Assembly: GCA_027013225.1 (NCBI GenBank) | Contig: JALUXU010000020.1 | Coordinates: 239 to 64,238 of the forward strand | DNA length: 64,000 nt | Direction of reading: 5' to 3' | From: Acidihalobacter sp. | GTDB taxonomy: Bacteria > Pseudomonadota > Gammaproteobacteria > DSM-5130 > Acidihalobacteraceae | Shown here: positions 8,975 to 19,696 of the stretch, one piece after another | How positions within the stretch are numbered: position 1 is the first letter of the stretch | Layout: the number at the start of each line of letters is the position of its first letter | Notes under the pieces: model-generated | Told to the model about the DNA's origin: nothing | The model's database searches: none | Seen by the model: the letters and a program-made list of their open reading frames with translations, nothing else | Position numbers and translations under genes: made by a program

Positions 8975-10972
8975 TCAGGTTGAGGGTGTAGCGGCGATTG
9001 AGCGCGCCCCGAAAAAATCGTTCAGGCGTAGAGCGAGATGTTCATTCGATGCGTTTTGCGTGGGCCGGATGTGGGCATAGACGACGAGGTTGAATAGCAC
9101 CTGTTCTATGTAGCGGCGTGTTTCTCCATAGGGCAGGGTCGCTATCCAGCGAGCACTGTCGGCTCGCAAAACCGGCTTGGACAGCCATTGGCTGACGGTT
9201 CCGGGCCCGGCATTGTAGGCAGCCAGCGCCGCTACAGTATCCCCCGAAAACCGGTTCAGCAAATAGGCAAGGTAGGTGCTGCCCGCCCGGATATTGGTTC
9301 CCGGATGCCCCAGCTTTGCGGGTATGCACCAGCGTTGATTCCGGCCCGTCTTTTGCCCGATCCAGCAGGCGGTCGCAGGCATGAGTTGCATCAAGCCACA
9401 GGCGCCCGCAGAGGAGCAGACTGTGGACCGGAATGTGCTCTCCTGACGCATGAGGGCCAGAATGAGGTCGGGAGAGATTCCGTTCTCGGTTGCGGCCAGT
9501 TTCACGGCCATCCAGTGTGCTCTCGGGAATGTCAAAGTCGAAGCTCCCCGGCCGGGGGAACGTACGGCAGCCGCGTAAGCACCATAGGCCCAATTTTGTT
9601 TCGCGGCCAAGAAAGCGGCTGTCTGACGTTCCTTGGGTGAGAGGCGAGCGAGTAAGCTCCGCCAGACAGCGCCCGCCCAGGCGGGGTGATCCGCCTGATG
9701 AAGCGCCAGCGCGATTCGGGTGAAACGCTGTTTGGCGACGCGTTGCTCCAGCAGGGCGTTGATTTCTTTCGGTTGCGGGCCGCGGGCATAAGACCCATCG
9801 ACGAGGTCGGCGGCAAGAAATCCATAATAACTGTAGTGCGTGGCTACCTGCCGGGCCAAGGCGCGGCCAGTGGTGTAATCCCCCTGTTGGAGTAATGCCC
9901 GGGCTTCCCAGTATTGCCACACGTCCTCGCGCCGTTGCGACGCTGGCATGAGGCGAATGGCTGCCAGCACCGCTTGCCAGTCTCCCGCTCGCAACGCCGC
10001 GCGGACGCTCCATGCGCGGCTGGAAGCGTTCTGGGCTCCCTTGGGTAGCGCGGTGAGCCATCGCCGAGCTTCCGGCAGCGCATCAATAGCTGCAAAAACC
10101 GCGATTGTGCGTTCGATGCGCTGCGTTTGCGCTGGGCGAATCCGATGCGTCATATGGGTCTTTATGGCCTTCCACAAGACATGCGCCTGTGCCGGGTGTT
10201 TGCGTCCAAGGTTTATCAACGCGGCGGTAATGGCGCGATCGGCATATCGGCCGTCTAGCCGCGAAGCAAAAGAGGGAATGCGAAGATCCTCGGGAGCGGT
10301 GTAGACTGCCAGCCAGCGTTGCGTGGACCTTTTCTGCTTATTTGGCAGTAGTGAGGTCAAATACCTCGAAAGAGAAAGGTTGCCCGCTTGCAGAGCCAAT
10401 ATGACTCGCTTTTCGATCAATTCAGAAGGCAGGCGGCCTTTGTTTTTGAGCAGATCGAAGGCGGGCTCGCAGATTTGTGGTTGACTGTAGCCGACCAGCC
10501 ATAGGCGACGCGCAAGCTGCTCGGCCTGTTGGTGCCGACCTGTTGCTGCCAGCGCCTGGGCGCGTGCGCATGCGAGCAGGGCGCCGTTTTTCTTGACCGT
10601 GTCGAAGCGAAGAAATTCGCGCCACTGTTTGCGCCGTGCCAATTCCAACAACCAAGCGCGCCTAAGAGTGGCGGAGATGGGGAGAGTGGTTTCTTTGCGC
10701 AGGAATTGCTTGATTTCAAATGGCTTGGCTTTGCGAATGTCCGCTCGCAACTGGGCGTAGCGCAGGTAAGGCCAAAGCACATTGCCGCGCATCTGTTTCT
10801 CCAGACGGGAGAATCTCTTCATGTCTTTTTCTTGTAGGGCCGCAAGCGCCTGATTGAAGCGTTGGGGGTTGGTTGCAACGAAATCGGCCTGAGCGGCGGC
10901 GCCGCTACCTATGAAAAGGGCGCCGAAGAACACCGGCAAGAAAAAGGAAAGATATCGGAGAGCGATTTTCAT
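8975..10972 (-). CDS. slt: Soluble lytic murein transglycosylase (Slt70-like)
   Basis: Signal peptide, superhelical repeats, MRQES, GLMQLMPAT, AAYNAGPG, ETRRY. Confidence 0.88.
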   Translation of the reverse strand: MKIALRYLSFFLPVFFGALFIGSGAAAQADFVATNPQRFNQALAALQEKDMKRFSRLEKQMRGNVLWPYLRYAQLRADIRKAKPFEIKQFLRKETTLPISATLRRAWLLELARRKQWREFLRFDTVKKNGALLACARAQALAATGRHQQAEQLARRLWLVGYSQPQICEPAFDLLKNKGRLPSELIEKRVILALQAGNLSLSRYLTSLLPNKQKRSTQRWLAVYTAPEDLRIPSFASRLDGRYADRAITAALINLGRKHPAQAHVLWKAIKTHMTHRIRPAQTQRIERTIAVFAAIDALPEARRWLTALPKGAQNASSRAWSVRAALRAGDWQAVLAAIRLMPASQRREDVWQYWEARALLQQGDYTTGRALARQVATHYSYYGFLAADLVDGSYARGPQPKEINALLEQRVAKQRFTRIALALHQADHPAWAGAVWRSLLARLSPKERQTAAFLAAKQNWAYGAYAAAVRSPGRGASTLTFPRAHWMAVKLAATENGISPDLILALMRQESTFRSTVCSSAGACGLMQLMPATACWIGQKTGRNQRWCIPAKLGHPGTNIRAGSTYLAYLLNRFSGDTVAALAAYNAGPGTVSQWLSKPVLRADSARWIATLPYGETRRYIEQVLFNLVVYAHIRPTQNASNEHLALRLNDFFGARSIAATPST

Positions 10973-11241
10973 GGTTCGGAGCAAAGCGAGCTGGTATGGC
11001 TTTTAAAACCATTCTGTATGCTTCGCAACAGGGCGTCAATTCATAACTGTGGGGCGAAGTATACAAGTCTGCTTGGCCAAGGGTATGTCTCATAGGCTAT
11101 GTGGCCGATCTTCGCTTACTTACGGCATCATAACGCGCGTCACAGGGCTTTCTTGCTTGAAGCATGTGCGTTTCGCATCCACGAAAAATCATGACGTGAT
11201 TTTGCGATATGATTTGCCGAAATCAGAATGTGACGGAAGAT

Positions 11242-11751
11242 ATGAAGTTCAGAGAATTTATTGTTGCTATCGTGGTCGCCTTATTGCTAGGAGGCGTTAT
11301 CTACCTGTGGTTTGGCGGGAAAGCTATCGATGCCAAGGCCCCGAATGTCTCTATGACGCTGCTAGATGGAGAGAAAATCGATCTTGCCTCTTTGCGCGGG
11401 CATCCGGTATTGATCGATTTTTGGGCAACGAGTTGTCCGGGGTGCGTGGCGGAACTGCCGCATCTCAATGCACTATACAAGGAACTGAAAGGCCGTGGGT
11501 TTCGTTTGATCGGAGTGGCTATGTACTATGATCCCGAAGAGCAGGTGCGTGCTATGCAAAAGGCGCGCGGGATCGCCTATCCAATCGTTCTGGATACGGA
11601 TGGGAAGATCGCCAAGGCGTTTGGTGACGTGCAGCTCACGCCGACGTATTTCCTGATCAGTCCTGGCGGGCGTGTCGTCTATCAAAAACTTGGTGCGCTT
11701 GACATGCAAAGCTTGATGGCCAAGCTAAAACCCATGCTTGAGACACCCTGA
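11242..11751 (+). CDS. TlpA family thiol:disulfide oxidoreductase
   Basis: N-terminal TM; FWATSCPGC; TPT cis-Pro region. Confidence 0.9.
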   Translation: MKFREFIVAIVVALLLGGVIYLWFGGKAIDAKAPNVSMTLLDGEKIDLASLRGHPVLIDFWATSCPGCVAELPHLNALYKELKGRGFRLIGVAMYYDPEEQVRAMQKARGIAYPIVLDTDGKIAKAFGDVQLTPTYFLISPGGRVVYQKLGALDMQSLMAKLKPMLETP

Positions 11752-11960
11752 CCCATGGCTCATGGGATCGATAACGGCTTCTATCCAGAAGAGTTCAGCA
11801 AATGCCTGCCGCGGCATGGTCATCGCATCCAGTGGGTGAAACATTCGGCCTGGAATGTCATTGCTGCCGCTTGAATTTTGACTCCGTTTGTGGCGACCGG
11901 ACGATTATTTGACGAAAAACCCGCGCAAAAGAATCAAGTTGCGCGGGTTTTGTTTGAGAT

Positions 11961-12302
11961 TTATTTTTTTGGCAGGGCCATGGGGGTTTTGAGTTTCAGT
12001 ATGGTCAAGTGGCCGTCGGCATCCTTGATGGAGAGGCTTTTCAACCCATTGTCGTCTTCTTCGACAACCACTTCCACGGGATTTTGCACATTGTGCATGA
12101 CGCGACTGCTATCCAGGTCTATGGTGATCAAATCATCTTTTGGATCGTAAGCAAGGCCACTGAGAGGTACCCACTCTCCTTCCACCTGATCACCAATATC
12201 CAGCCCGGCCACTTCCACTTCTGCAAGGAAAGTAGACATCACGCTGGAGAGGTGATTGAAATAGTGTTCCCAATCGGCTTTGTTGAGCGTTTGGCTAGAC
12301 AT
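11961..12302 (-). CDS. DUF5335-like hypothetical protein
   Basis: WEHYF...AEVEVAGLDIGDQVEGEWVPLSGLAYDPKDD pattern; GGAG RBS. Confidence 0.7.
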   Translation of the reverse strand: MSSQTLNKADWEHYFNHLSSVMSTFLAEVEVAGLDIGDQVEGEWVPLSGLAYDPKDDLITIDLDSSRVMHNVQNPVEVVVEEDDNGLKSLSIKDADGHLTILKLKTPMALPKK

Positions 12303-12381
12303 GATTAAAACTCCAATTCTGATTGCATTTGTTGGTTAAGGTCTATCGCCAGCCGAGTATGCCTAGCGATGCCAATAATGT

Positions 12382-12408
12382 ATGTGGGCGGTATGCTTAT
12401 GTTTCAAG
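12382..12408 (-). promoter_or_regulatory. Putative sigma32 (RpoH) promoter for the DUF5335 gene
   Basis: CTTGAAA-N13-CCCACAT versus consensus CTTGAAA-N13-17-CCCCATNT. Confidence 0.5.
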
Positions 12409-12496
12409 GTGAGTGCTATACAACCTGATTTTTTGCCCTCCCGAATGAATAAAAAGCAGGCCTCCACTCAGTCTGAGCATGGTTTTATGGAGTATC

Positions 12497-13477
12497 TCAA
12501 CCACCGGTCATAGACATGAAGCGTAAAACTTTTTGAGGTTTTTCGCGAAATTCGTGCCGCTCGGGTTTGCGCGAAATGGCATCCAGGAGGGTGGCTTCCA
12601 AACCCTCATCATCGATCCCGTTGCGTAATAACGGACGAAGTTCGATGCGGTCTTCCTGCCCGAGGCAGAGATAAAGCGTGCCGTCGACGGCAAGGCGGAC
12701 GCGGTTGCAGGTTTGGCAGAAATGCTGCGAGATCGGGGTGATGAATCCGATGCGTAGTTCGGTGCCAGCCACTTGCACATAACGGGCGGGGCCGCCGCCC
12801 GGCATCATCCCCTCAATCAATTTATAGCGTTTGGCCAAACGCTCGCGCACGGTTTGAAGGTTGAGGTAGCGGTCAGTGGCGGCCCGGCCACTTGCGCCCA
12901 TGGGCATGATTTCTATGAAGCGCAGAGTAAAGTCGTGTTCGATGCAAAATTCGACCATGTCCTCTATTTCGTCGTCGTTGACGCCCCGCATGACCACCAT
13001 GTTCAGTTTGATCGGCATAAAGCCGGTGGATTTTGCGGCCATGAGGCCAGCGATCACTTTCTCCAGCTTACCGCCGGTAAGATGTTTGAAACGATCGGCA
13101 TGCAGAGTGTCCAAGCTGACATTAATACGTTTGATGCCCGCGTGATGCAGCAGCTTGGCTTGTTTTTCGAGGCGGGTGGCGTTGGTGGACAGTGATAAGT
13201 CATCGATGCCAGGAAGGCGCGCGAGCCTGCCTGCGAGAAGGTGGATATCGCGTCGAACGAGCGGCTCGCCGCCGGTGAGCCGCACCCGGCTAACTCCTAG
13301 CCTCGCGAATGCGGCGATAACTCGCTCTATTTCGTCGAAACGCAACCACTCCTCAGGCTCATGAAAATCCTTGAAGCCCTTGGGCATGCAGTATTCACAC
13401 CGCAGGTCGCAGCGGTCGGTTACGGACAGTCGCACATATTCGATGCGACGCCCAAAAGGATCCAGCAATTCACTCAT
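12497..13477 (-). CDS. moaA: GTP 3',8-cyclase (Moco biosynthesis)
   Basis: RLSVTDRCDLRCEYC, C-terminal CQTCNRVR...C, ends MSMTGG. Confidence 0.95.
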   Translation of the reverse strand: MSELLDPFGRRIEYVRLSVTDRCDLRCEYCMPKGFKDFHEPEEWLRFDEIERVIAAFARLGVSRVRLTGGEPLVRRDIHLLAGRLARLPGIDDLSLSTNATRLEKQAKLLHHAGIKRINVSLDTLHADRFKHLTGGKLEKVIAGLMAAKSTGFMPIKLNMVVMRGVNDDEIEDMVEFCIEHDFTLRFIEIMPMGASGRAATDRYLNLQTVRERLAKRYKLIEGMMPGGGPARYVQVAGTELRIGFITPISQHFCQTCNRVRLAVDGTLYLCLGQEDRIELRPLLRNGIDDEGLEATLLDAISRKPERHEFREKPQKVLRFMSMTGG

Positions 13478-13573
13478 AAGCCAAGTATACGCCAGGATAC
13501 GACCCGTTGTGAGATCAACGATTACGATTGATTCACGGTCAATGAATAAGAAGTTGATCCCCTAAAAAGGCGT

Positions 13574-14947
13574 CTAGCCATGGTGAAAATGACCTTCAGG
13601 CGCTTTTGGGTGGGGAGGTGGATCGGCCTCGAGGGATTTGATGATATGACGAAGATCTGACAGCAGTATTTCGGCCATGTCGCGGGAGAAACCCTCGCGT
13701 ACGACGATTCGCAGCACGGCGATATTTTCGGCGTTGGCCGGCAATGTATAGGCCGGCACTTGCCAGCCGCGCATGCGCAGTCGGGCCGAGACGTCGAATA
13801 CGGAATAGCGCGTGGCGTCCTTGAGACGGAAGGCGAACACCGGAATGGTCGAGCCGTCGCTCAAAAGCTCGAAGGGTCCCAAGGCGGCGATTTTGGCGGA
13901 CAATTCGGTGGCGATCTCGCGCAAGGTCGTCATGATTCGAGTATAGCCTTCGCGTCCCAGGCGCAGGAAATTGTAGTACTGGCCAACGATCTGGTTGCCA
14001 GGGCGGGAAAAATTCAGGGTGAAGGTAGGCATATCACCGCCTAGATAATTAACGCGGAACACGAGTTCCTCGGGCAGATGTTCTTTACCACGCCATATCG
14101 CCCAGCCAACGCCCGGATAGACCAGGCCGTACTTGTGCCCCGAGACATTGATGGAGACCACGTTCGGAAGGCGGAAATCCCAGCGTAAGTCGGGGTGAAT
14201 GAAAGGCGCGACGAAACCGCCGCTGGCGGCGTCGATATGCAGCGGGACGGCAAGATCGTGGGCGGCGTTGTGCGCAACCACGGCGTCGTGTATCGCCTCG
14301 ACGGGCTCGAATTCCCCAGTGAAGGTGGTGCCGAGGATGGCGACTACGCCGATAGTGTTTTCGTCGATACGCCCTGTGACTTCCTCGGGGGTGATGACAT
14401 GGCAGTCTTCCTGCATCGGGATGTAGCGCGGCTCGACCTCCCAGTAACGGCAGAATTTCTCCCACACCACCTGCACGTCGGCGCCGAGGACAAGGTTGGG
14501 TTTGTCTACTGGCTTTTTTGCGGCTTGGCGGCGCGCTCGCCAGCGCCACTTGAGCGCCATGCCGGCCAACATCACCGCCTCGCTGGAACCGATCGCAGAC
14601 ACGCCTACAGGTTCCTCGCGCTCCTCGGCGTGGAACAGGCGTGCGATCATGTTGACGCAGCGGGTTTCTATCTCGGCGGTTTGCGGATACTCGTCCTTGT
14701 CGATCATGTTCTTGTCGAAGGTCTCAGCCATCAGTTTTTCAGCTTCGGGCTCCATCCATGTTGTAACGAATGTGGCGAGGTTGAGGCGGGCGTTTCCGTC
14801 GAGCATGAGTTCGTCGTGGATGAGCTGATAGGCCGTGCGGGGCAACACCCCTTTTGGGGGCAAACTGTATTTGGGCACCGGCTCGGACATGGTGCGGGAA
14901 CCAAAGGTGGGCGCGAGTTCGCTGTCAGGGCGGAGTTTTTTGACCAT
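13574..14947 (-). CDS. gadB: Glutamate decarboxylase (PLP)
   Basis: LDGNARLNLATFVTT, DKDEYPQT, HIDAASGGF, SGHKYGLVYPGVGW. Confidence 0.93.
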   Translation of the reverse strand: MVKKLRPDSELAPTFGSRTMSEPVPKYSLPPKGVLPRTAYQLIHDELMLDGNARLNLATFVTTWMEPEAEKLMAETFDKNMIDKDEYPQTAEIETRCVNMIARLFHAEEREEPVGVSAIGSSEAVMLAGMALKWRWRARRQAAKKPVDKPNLVLGADVQVVWEKFCRYWEVEPRYIPMQEDCHVITPEEVTGRIDENTIGVVAILGTTFTGEFEPVEAIHDAVVAHNAAHDLAVPLHIDAASGGFVAPFIHPDLRWDFRLPNVVSINVSGHKYGLVYPGVGWAIWRGKEHLPEELVFRVNYLGGDMPTFTLNFSRPGNQIVGQYYNFLRLGREGYTRIMTTLREIATELSAKIAALGPFELLSDGSTIPVFAFRLKDATRYSVFDVSARLRMRGWQVPAYTLPANAENIAVLRIVVREGFSRDMAEILLSDLRHIIKSLEADPPPHPKAPEGHFHHG

Positions 14948-15003
14948 GGTATTTCTCCTTCGTTTAGAAGAGCTCTGGGGTTGAAGTGCCATGTGTGGAT
15001 GGG

Positions 15004-15771
15004 CTAGTCGCGCGATGTGGAGGGCGAATCATCCCGCCGGCGACGCAAAGTGGAGCGGTCCAGTCGTTTGCGTAGTTCGTTAAGCTGATCGAGTTGCATT
15101 TCCTGAATCTGGGTCATGCTTTCCCACTGGGTATCGAGCAGGTGATTCATTTTTTCATGCAGTAGCTGGATTTCGAGCTCGGCTTTGAGGTTGACCTGGT
15201 AGTCGTGTTCGGAACGCCGCCGGTCGCGTGCTTCCTTGCGGTTTTGACTCATCATGATGATGGGCGCCTGAATCGCCGCAAGACAGGACAAAAGCAGATT
15301 GAGCAAAATATAGGGATAAGGATCGAAGGGATGTTTGACCAGCAGGAATGAATTGGTCGCAATCCACGATGCCAGAAACAAAAAGAAGATGATGATGAAT
15401 GTCCAGCTTCCACCAAATTCAGCAATCTTGTCGGCTATGCGTTCGCCTAAGGTCCATTGGGTATCAAGTTCTTCGTCTATGTTCTCAGAAACCAGCTCGT
15501 GATGCTTGAGGCTGTCGAGCACTTCCTGTTCGAGATCCGAAAGTTTGCCTTTTTCGCGCTCCAGTAATTCCTGAATATGTTGTTGCCGGTATTTCTCCAG
15601 GCAGTTGTCGCAGATCAGACTATCATCGTCCCAGGCCGGATAGTCTTTGCGAATGAGTTCGGCCACGGGTTCGCGCACCTGTTCCCCCGATGTCAGGTCT
15701 TCTTCATCGAAGATCTTGCCGCAGATGACGCAGGGGCAGCGGCGGCCGTGCACATCTTTACTTCCTGGCAT
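15004..15771 (-). CDS. DUF1003 domain membrane protein with N-terminal Cys motif
   Basis: GERIADKIAEFGGSW, PFDPYPYILLNL, AAIQAPIIMMSQNR. Confidence 0.88.
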   Translation of the reverse strand: MPGSKDVHGRRCPCVICGKIFDEEDLTSGEQVREPVAELIRKDYPAWDDDSLICDNCLEKYRQQHIQELLEREKGKLSDLEQEVLDSLKHHELVSENIDEELDTQWTLGERIADKIAEFGGSWTFIIIFFLFLASWIATNSFLLVKHPFDPYPYILLNLLLSCLAAIQAPIIMMSQNRKEARDRRRSEHDYQVNLKAELEIQLLHEKMNHLLDTQWESMTQIQEMQLDQLNELRKRLDRSTLRRRRDDSPSTSRD

Positions 15772-15776
15772 TATGA

Positions 15777-17708
15777 TCAGCTATTTTGCTTGCCGGCATG
15801 CGTTTTGGATGAGTGTTGGCATTTTCCCGCAATGCGTATTACATCTTCGCCTTTCAGGTTTTCACGCGCTTCAAGCTCGGCGCTGAGTTTTTCCAGTGTC
15901 TCGCGGCAGCGGTTGAGAATTTCGCGCGCGCGTTCATGACCTTCTTCGACGAGCGCCTTTATTTCTTCATCGATAGCCTGAGCGGTGGCTTGACTGTAAT
16001 TCCGATCTTCGACGGTCTGCGCAGAGCTAAGATATTGCAGGCGTTGTTCACGTCCCCAAACCACAGGCCCGAGTTTTTCATCCATGCCAAGACGAGCAAC
16101 CATGTTGCGCGCTAACTCTGTGGCTTTTTCCAGATCGTTGGCGGCGCCTGATGAAATACTGCCGAGGATCACTTCTTCAGCGGCCCGACCTCCAAGCAGA
16201 ATGGCGATCTGGTCTTTGATCTCTTCGGTGGTGGACAGGTATTTTTCCGAGACTGGCAACTGTAAGGTGAATCCCAGCGCGCCGATGGTGCGTGGAATGA
16301 TGGTGACTTGATGCACGGGTTCGCCGGTGGGTACCGCCAGCGCGACCACGGTGTGCCCGGACTCATGCACTGCAACACGATGCTTTTCATCGGCTGTGAG
16401 CACCTTTTGCTTGGCTTCTGGGCCGGCGATGATGCGATCGATGGCTGCCTCGAAATCGGCCATGGTCACTTGATCACGATTGGCTCGCAGAGCCTGAATG
16501 GCCGCCTCGTTGCAGACATTTTCAAGGTCGGCGCCAACGAATCCCGGTGTACGCTGGGCGATGATGTGAAGGTTCACGTCGGTGGCGAGCTTCATTTTGC
16601 CGGCATAGAGTTTGAGTATGGCTTCGCGGGTGGCAAGATCCGGCTTGTCCACCAGAATGCGGCGATCGAAACGGCCGGCCCGGAGCAGTGCTTGATCGAG
16701 GATTTCCGGACGGTTGGTGGCCGCCATGACGACGACGCCCGTGGATGGATCGAAGCCATCCATTTCGGTGAGGAGCTGGTTCAGGGTTTGCTCTCTCTCG
16801 TCATGCCCGCCCGTTGCGGGTGCGGCGCCGCGTGCGGCGCCGATAGCGTCGATTTCGTCGATGAAAATAATACACGGAGCCTGTTTGCGCGCCTCCTCGA
16901 AGAGTTCGCGCACCCGCGCCGCGCCCACACCCACGAACATCTCAATGAATTCCGAACCGCTGATCTTGAAAAAAGGCACGCCCGCCTCGCCGGCGACGGC
17001 GCGGGCAAGGAGGGTCTTGCCGGTGCCGGGTGGACCGACGAGCAACACGCCCTTGGGCGAACGGGCGCCGAGTTCCTGGATGCGCTTCGGATCTTTGAGA
17101 AAATCGACTGTTTCCCGTAATTCCTGCTTTACATCTTGATAGCCGGCGACGTCTTCAAAGGTTGTTTTGGGTCCTTGTTCGGGATGGACATGCACATGAT
17201 TGCCGATATTGAGAAAGCCTTTTCCCAGCCCTCCACTCATGCGTTGAGAGAACCATGCCCAGAACAGGAACAAAAGGCCGAACGGGAGTATCCAGTTGAA
17301 GAAGAACTGCGCCAACCAGTCGTTGCCCTTGGGCTTTACGCTGTAGTCAACATGATGGCTGACCAGCAAATCAGCCAATTGTTGATTCCATAAGGGCACC
17401 GTAACGAAATGCACCGGTTGCCCTGTTTTCGGGTTGTTGATCTTGAGCGTCCCGTAAATGGATTGATTGGATATGACGGCTTTTTCAACCTGGTCTTTTT
17501 CTACGTATTGAAGGAACTTGCTGTAGGGGATTGGCTCCACTTGCTGTGCTTGTTTGGCGGGCCAGAGAAAAAAGGAAAGGTAGATGAATAGCAGAAAAAG
17601 AATCAGGGTAAACCAGGGATTTTGCCAAAATTGTTGCTTCGTGGTCTTGTTGATTTCTATTTTCGGCTTCTTTGGACCGAGACCGGTCTGGTGAATTTTC
17701 CCTGCCAT
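15777..17708 (-). CDS. ftsH: ATP-dependent zinc metalloprotease FtsH (paralog)
   Basis: Two TMs, [28 protein letters not shown]. Confidence 0.93.
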   Translation of the reverse strand: MAGKIHQTGLGPKKPKIEINKTTKQQFWQNPWFTLILFLLFIYLSFFLWPAKQAQQVEPIPYSKFLQYVEKDQVEKAVISNQSIYGTLKINNPKTGQPVHFVTVPLWNQQLADLLVSHHVDYSVKPKGNDWLAQFFFNWILPFGLLFLFWAWFSQRMSGGLGKGFLNIGNHVHVHPEQGPKTTFEDVAGYQDVKQELRETVDFLKDPKRIQELGARSPKGVLLVGPPGTGKTLLARAVAGEAGVPFFKISGSEFIEMFVGVGAARVRELFEEARKQAPCIIFIDEIDAIGAARGAAPATGGHDEREQTLNQLLTEMDGFDPSTGVVVMAATNRPEILDQALLRAGRFDRRILVDKPDLATREAILKLYAGKMKLATDVNLHIIAQRTPGFVGADLENVCNEAAIQALRANRDQVTMADFEAAIDRIIAGPEAKQKVLTADEKHRVAVHESGHTVVALAVPTGEPVHQVTIIPRTIGALGFTLQLPVSEKYLSTTEEIKDQIAILLGGRAAEEVILGSISSGAANDLEKATELARNMVARLGMDEKLGPVVWGREQRLQYLSSAQTVEDRNYSQATAQAIDEEIKALVEEGHERAREILNRCRETLEKLSAELEARENLKGEDVIRIAGKCQHSSKTHAGKQNS

Positions 17709-17914
17709 TGCTTTTCCTCGATTCTGTTTCAAGTCGTTGAAGTCGAGAGGCTTTTATCTCGAGTGTGGATTCTAGCCATGGTTGTCAACAGCCTGGCAAG
17801 GTGTTTCTCAAGGCCAGGTCTACTGGAGTGTTCCGAGCAAACTACTGCCGTTAGGGAGATTGTTGCAATTCATCCGCTCTTCGGCAAGCACAGAGGTTAC
17901 GGGCGAGTCCTTGA

Positions 17915-18352
17915 TCAGCGCATGTGGGTCTGCGTCCAGCTTACGATCTGGGCCGCTCCCATGGCACCTGCCTGGCGCGCCAGCTCCTGGCCATGCAGAA
18001 ACAAGGCCAGCGTGGGGATGCTGCGGATGCCGTATTGAGCGCCCAGCATTTGTTCGGCTTCAGTATCCACTTTCGCGAGGCGGACATGGGGCTCGAGTTG
18101 CCGCGCGGCCTGCTCGAAATGAGGCGCCATCATCTTGCAGGGACCGCACCAAGGCGCCCAGAAGTCGATCAACACCGGAATGTCGTTGCGGGTGACATGC
18201 TTTGCGAAGTTGGCGGTGGTCAGGGAGACAGGGTGGCCGGTGAACAGGGGCTGATGGCATTTGCCGCATTTCGGGCCGGCATCGAGGCGGTCGGCGGGGA
18301 TGCGATTGACGGCGTCGCAGTGTGGACAAACGATATGGAGAGTGTCGCTCAT
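17915..18352 (-). CDS. trxC: Thioredoxin 2
   Basis: CPHC...CGKC Zn motif and WAPWCGPC. Confidence 0.93.
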   Translation of the reverse strand: MSDTLHIVCPHCDAVNRIPADRLDAGPKCGKCHQPLFTGHPVSLTTANFAKHVTRNDIPVLIDFWAPWCGPCKMMAPHFEQAARQLEPHVRLAKVDTEAEQMLGAQYGIRSIPTLALFLHGQELARQAGAMGAAQIVSWTQTHMR

Positions 18353-18412
18353 GATAGCATCCAGAGGTTGTTTGCAAGATAAAGAATGTTTCTGTTTGGA
18401 AAATCTTGAATT

Positions 18413-19378
18413 TCAATGCCATAGACCGCTGAGATGCCAGCGGGGGCGTCGCGCGGACGTTGATTCTTTGAAATGGATGTTTTCGGTCTCAGCCGGAAGC
18501 AAATGATATTCCTTGGAAAGCTTGGGTTCAAGAGCGCGCAGGCGGGCAATGCGTTCTTCGGTGGGAGGGTGGGTACGCAGCAGTGAGGGCACTTCCACTC
18601 GCCGCCCCGGTAGCAACAATTGCTCTAACCAGCCACCCTCTTGGTTTTCCAGTTTCTTCAAAGCACTTATCAGGCCCTCGGGATCGTGGGTGAGCATGGC
18701 CGCATTGAGGTCAGCATTGTATTCGCGGGTACGCGCCAAAGACAATTGGACCAGCACGCTCAAGGTGGGAGAAAAGATGAGCAAGGCGATGGCGCCCCAA
18801 TTGATATGCACGTGAGAGGTCATGATCAGCGGCAGGTTGACAAACAAAAGAAATTGCCCGATGAGGGAAAAAATGCTGGTGGCGCGGCTGAACATGTCGG
18901 CGAGAGCCATTACCCGCAGGTCATTGCTGCGGATATGGCTGATCTCATGCGCAAGCACGCCAGCCAGCTCACGCAGAGTCAAGGTGCGCAACAAGCCGTC
19001 TGTAACCGCAATCGCAGCATGTTTTGGATTGCCCACCGAAAAAGCATTGAGCATTTGGGAGGGTACGTAATAGAGATCTGGTGCGCTCGCCAGCCCGGCT
19101 CGCTCGGCAAGTGCTTCCACAAGGCGCCAAACCGGCAAGGCTTCGCTTCGTTCGAGCGGCCGGGCACCGTAGAGTCTAAGTATGGTTTTGGGAGAAAACG
19201 CGGGGCTAAAGGCGATACCCACCGCAAACATAACCGCCAGTACAAGCAGCGTATCGCTCCCCCATAGCAGGTAGCCCACAAAATAGGCAAAAGCGGCCAT
19301 GATAAGCATGAGGAATGCCGATTGCAGGCGATTGTGCCAAATGTGGCTTTTCCAGTGGTATTCGTCCACGGCGCTCAT
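18413..19378 (-). CDS. M48 family zinc metalloprotease (HtpX-like)
   Basis: NAF, LAHEISH, REYNAD, THPPTEERI. Confidence 0.9.
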   Translation of the reverse strand: MSAVDEYHWKSHIWHNRLQSAFLMLIMAAFAYFVGYLLWGSDTLLVLAVMFAVGIAFSPAFSPKTILRLYGARPLERSEALPVWRLVEALAERAGLASAPDLYYVPSQMLNAFSVGNPKHAAIAVTDGLLRTLTLRELAGVLAHEISHIRSNDLRVMALADMFSRATSIFSLIGQFLLFVNLPLIMTSHVHINWGAIALLIFSPTLSVLVQLSLARTREYNADLNAAMLTHDPEGLISALKKLENQEGGWLEQLLLPGRRVEVPSLLRTHPPTEERIARLRALEPKLSKEYHLLPAETENIHFKESTSARRPRWHLSGLWH

Positions 19379-19388
19379 GTTGCGCTTT

Positions 19389-19691
19389 TCATCTCTTGAT
19401 ACGCCGCAGGCGATCGAGCTCGTCGAGTAAATCGAGCGCCAGCGCGACGCCGGCCACATTTATGCCCAAATCGTTTTGCAATCGATACGCGCAGCGGGCA
19501 CGGTGAATGCTGGCGCCGGAAAACCGCCAGGAAGACAGGCTCCGCCCTTGCGGTTCGAGGATGCCGTAATCGACCAGCTCGATGATTTGCTCGGCGCTCA
19601 TGCGGCTCAGGCGGCACAATTGACCGAGGGTGAATCCACCCTGGTCGTCTATGAGTTCTCCTTGCAGCACAATCTGCATCATTTTTGCCAT
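19389..19691 (-). CDS. cbpM: Chaperone modulator CbpM (MerR-like)
   Basis: LCRLS...ELVDYGILEP...RLQNDLGINVAGVALALDLLDE; directly after cbpA. Confidence 0.9.
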   Translation of the reverse strand: MAKMMQIVLQGELIDDQGGFTLGQLCRLSRMSAEQIIELVDYGILEPQGRSLSSWRFSGASIHRARCAYRLQNDLGINVAGVALALDLLDELDRLRRIKR

Positions 19692-19696
19692 GCTGT

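Noticed and set aside
11755-11874. 39-aa ORF MAHGIDNGFYPEEF… after tlpA
   Set aside because: No RBS or recognisable family; it overlaps a hairpin (CCCATG/CATGGG) that is more likely a terminator.
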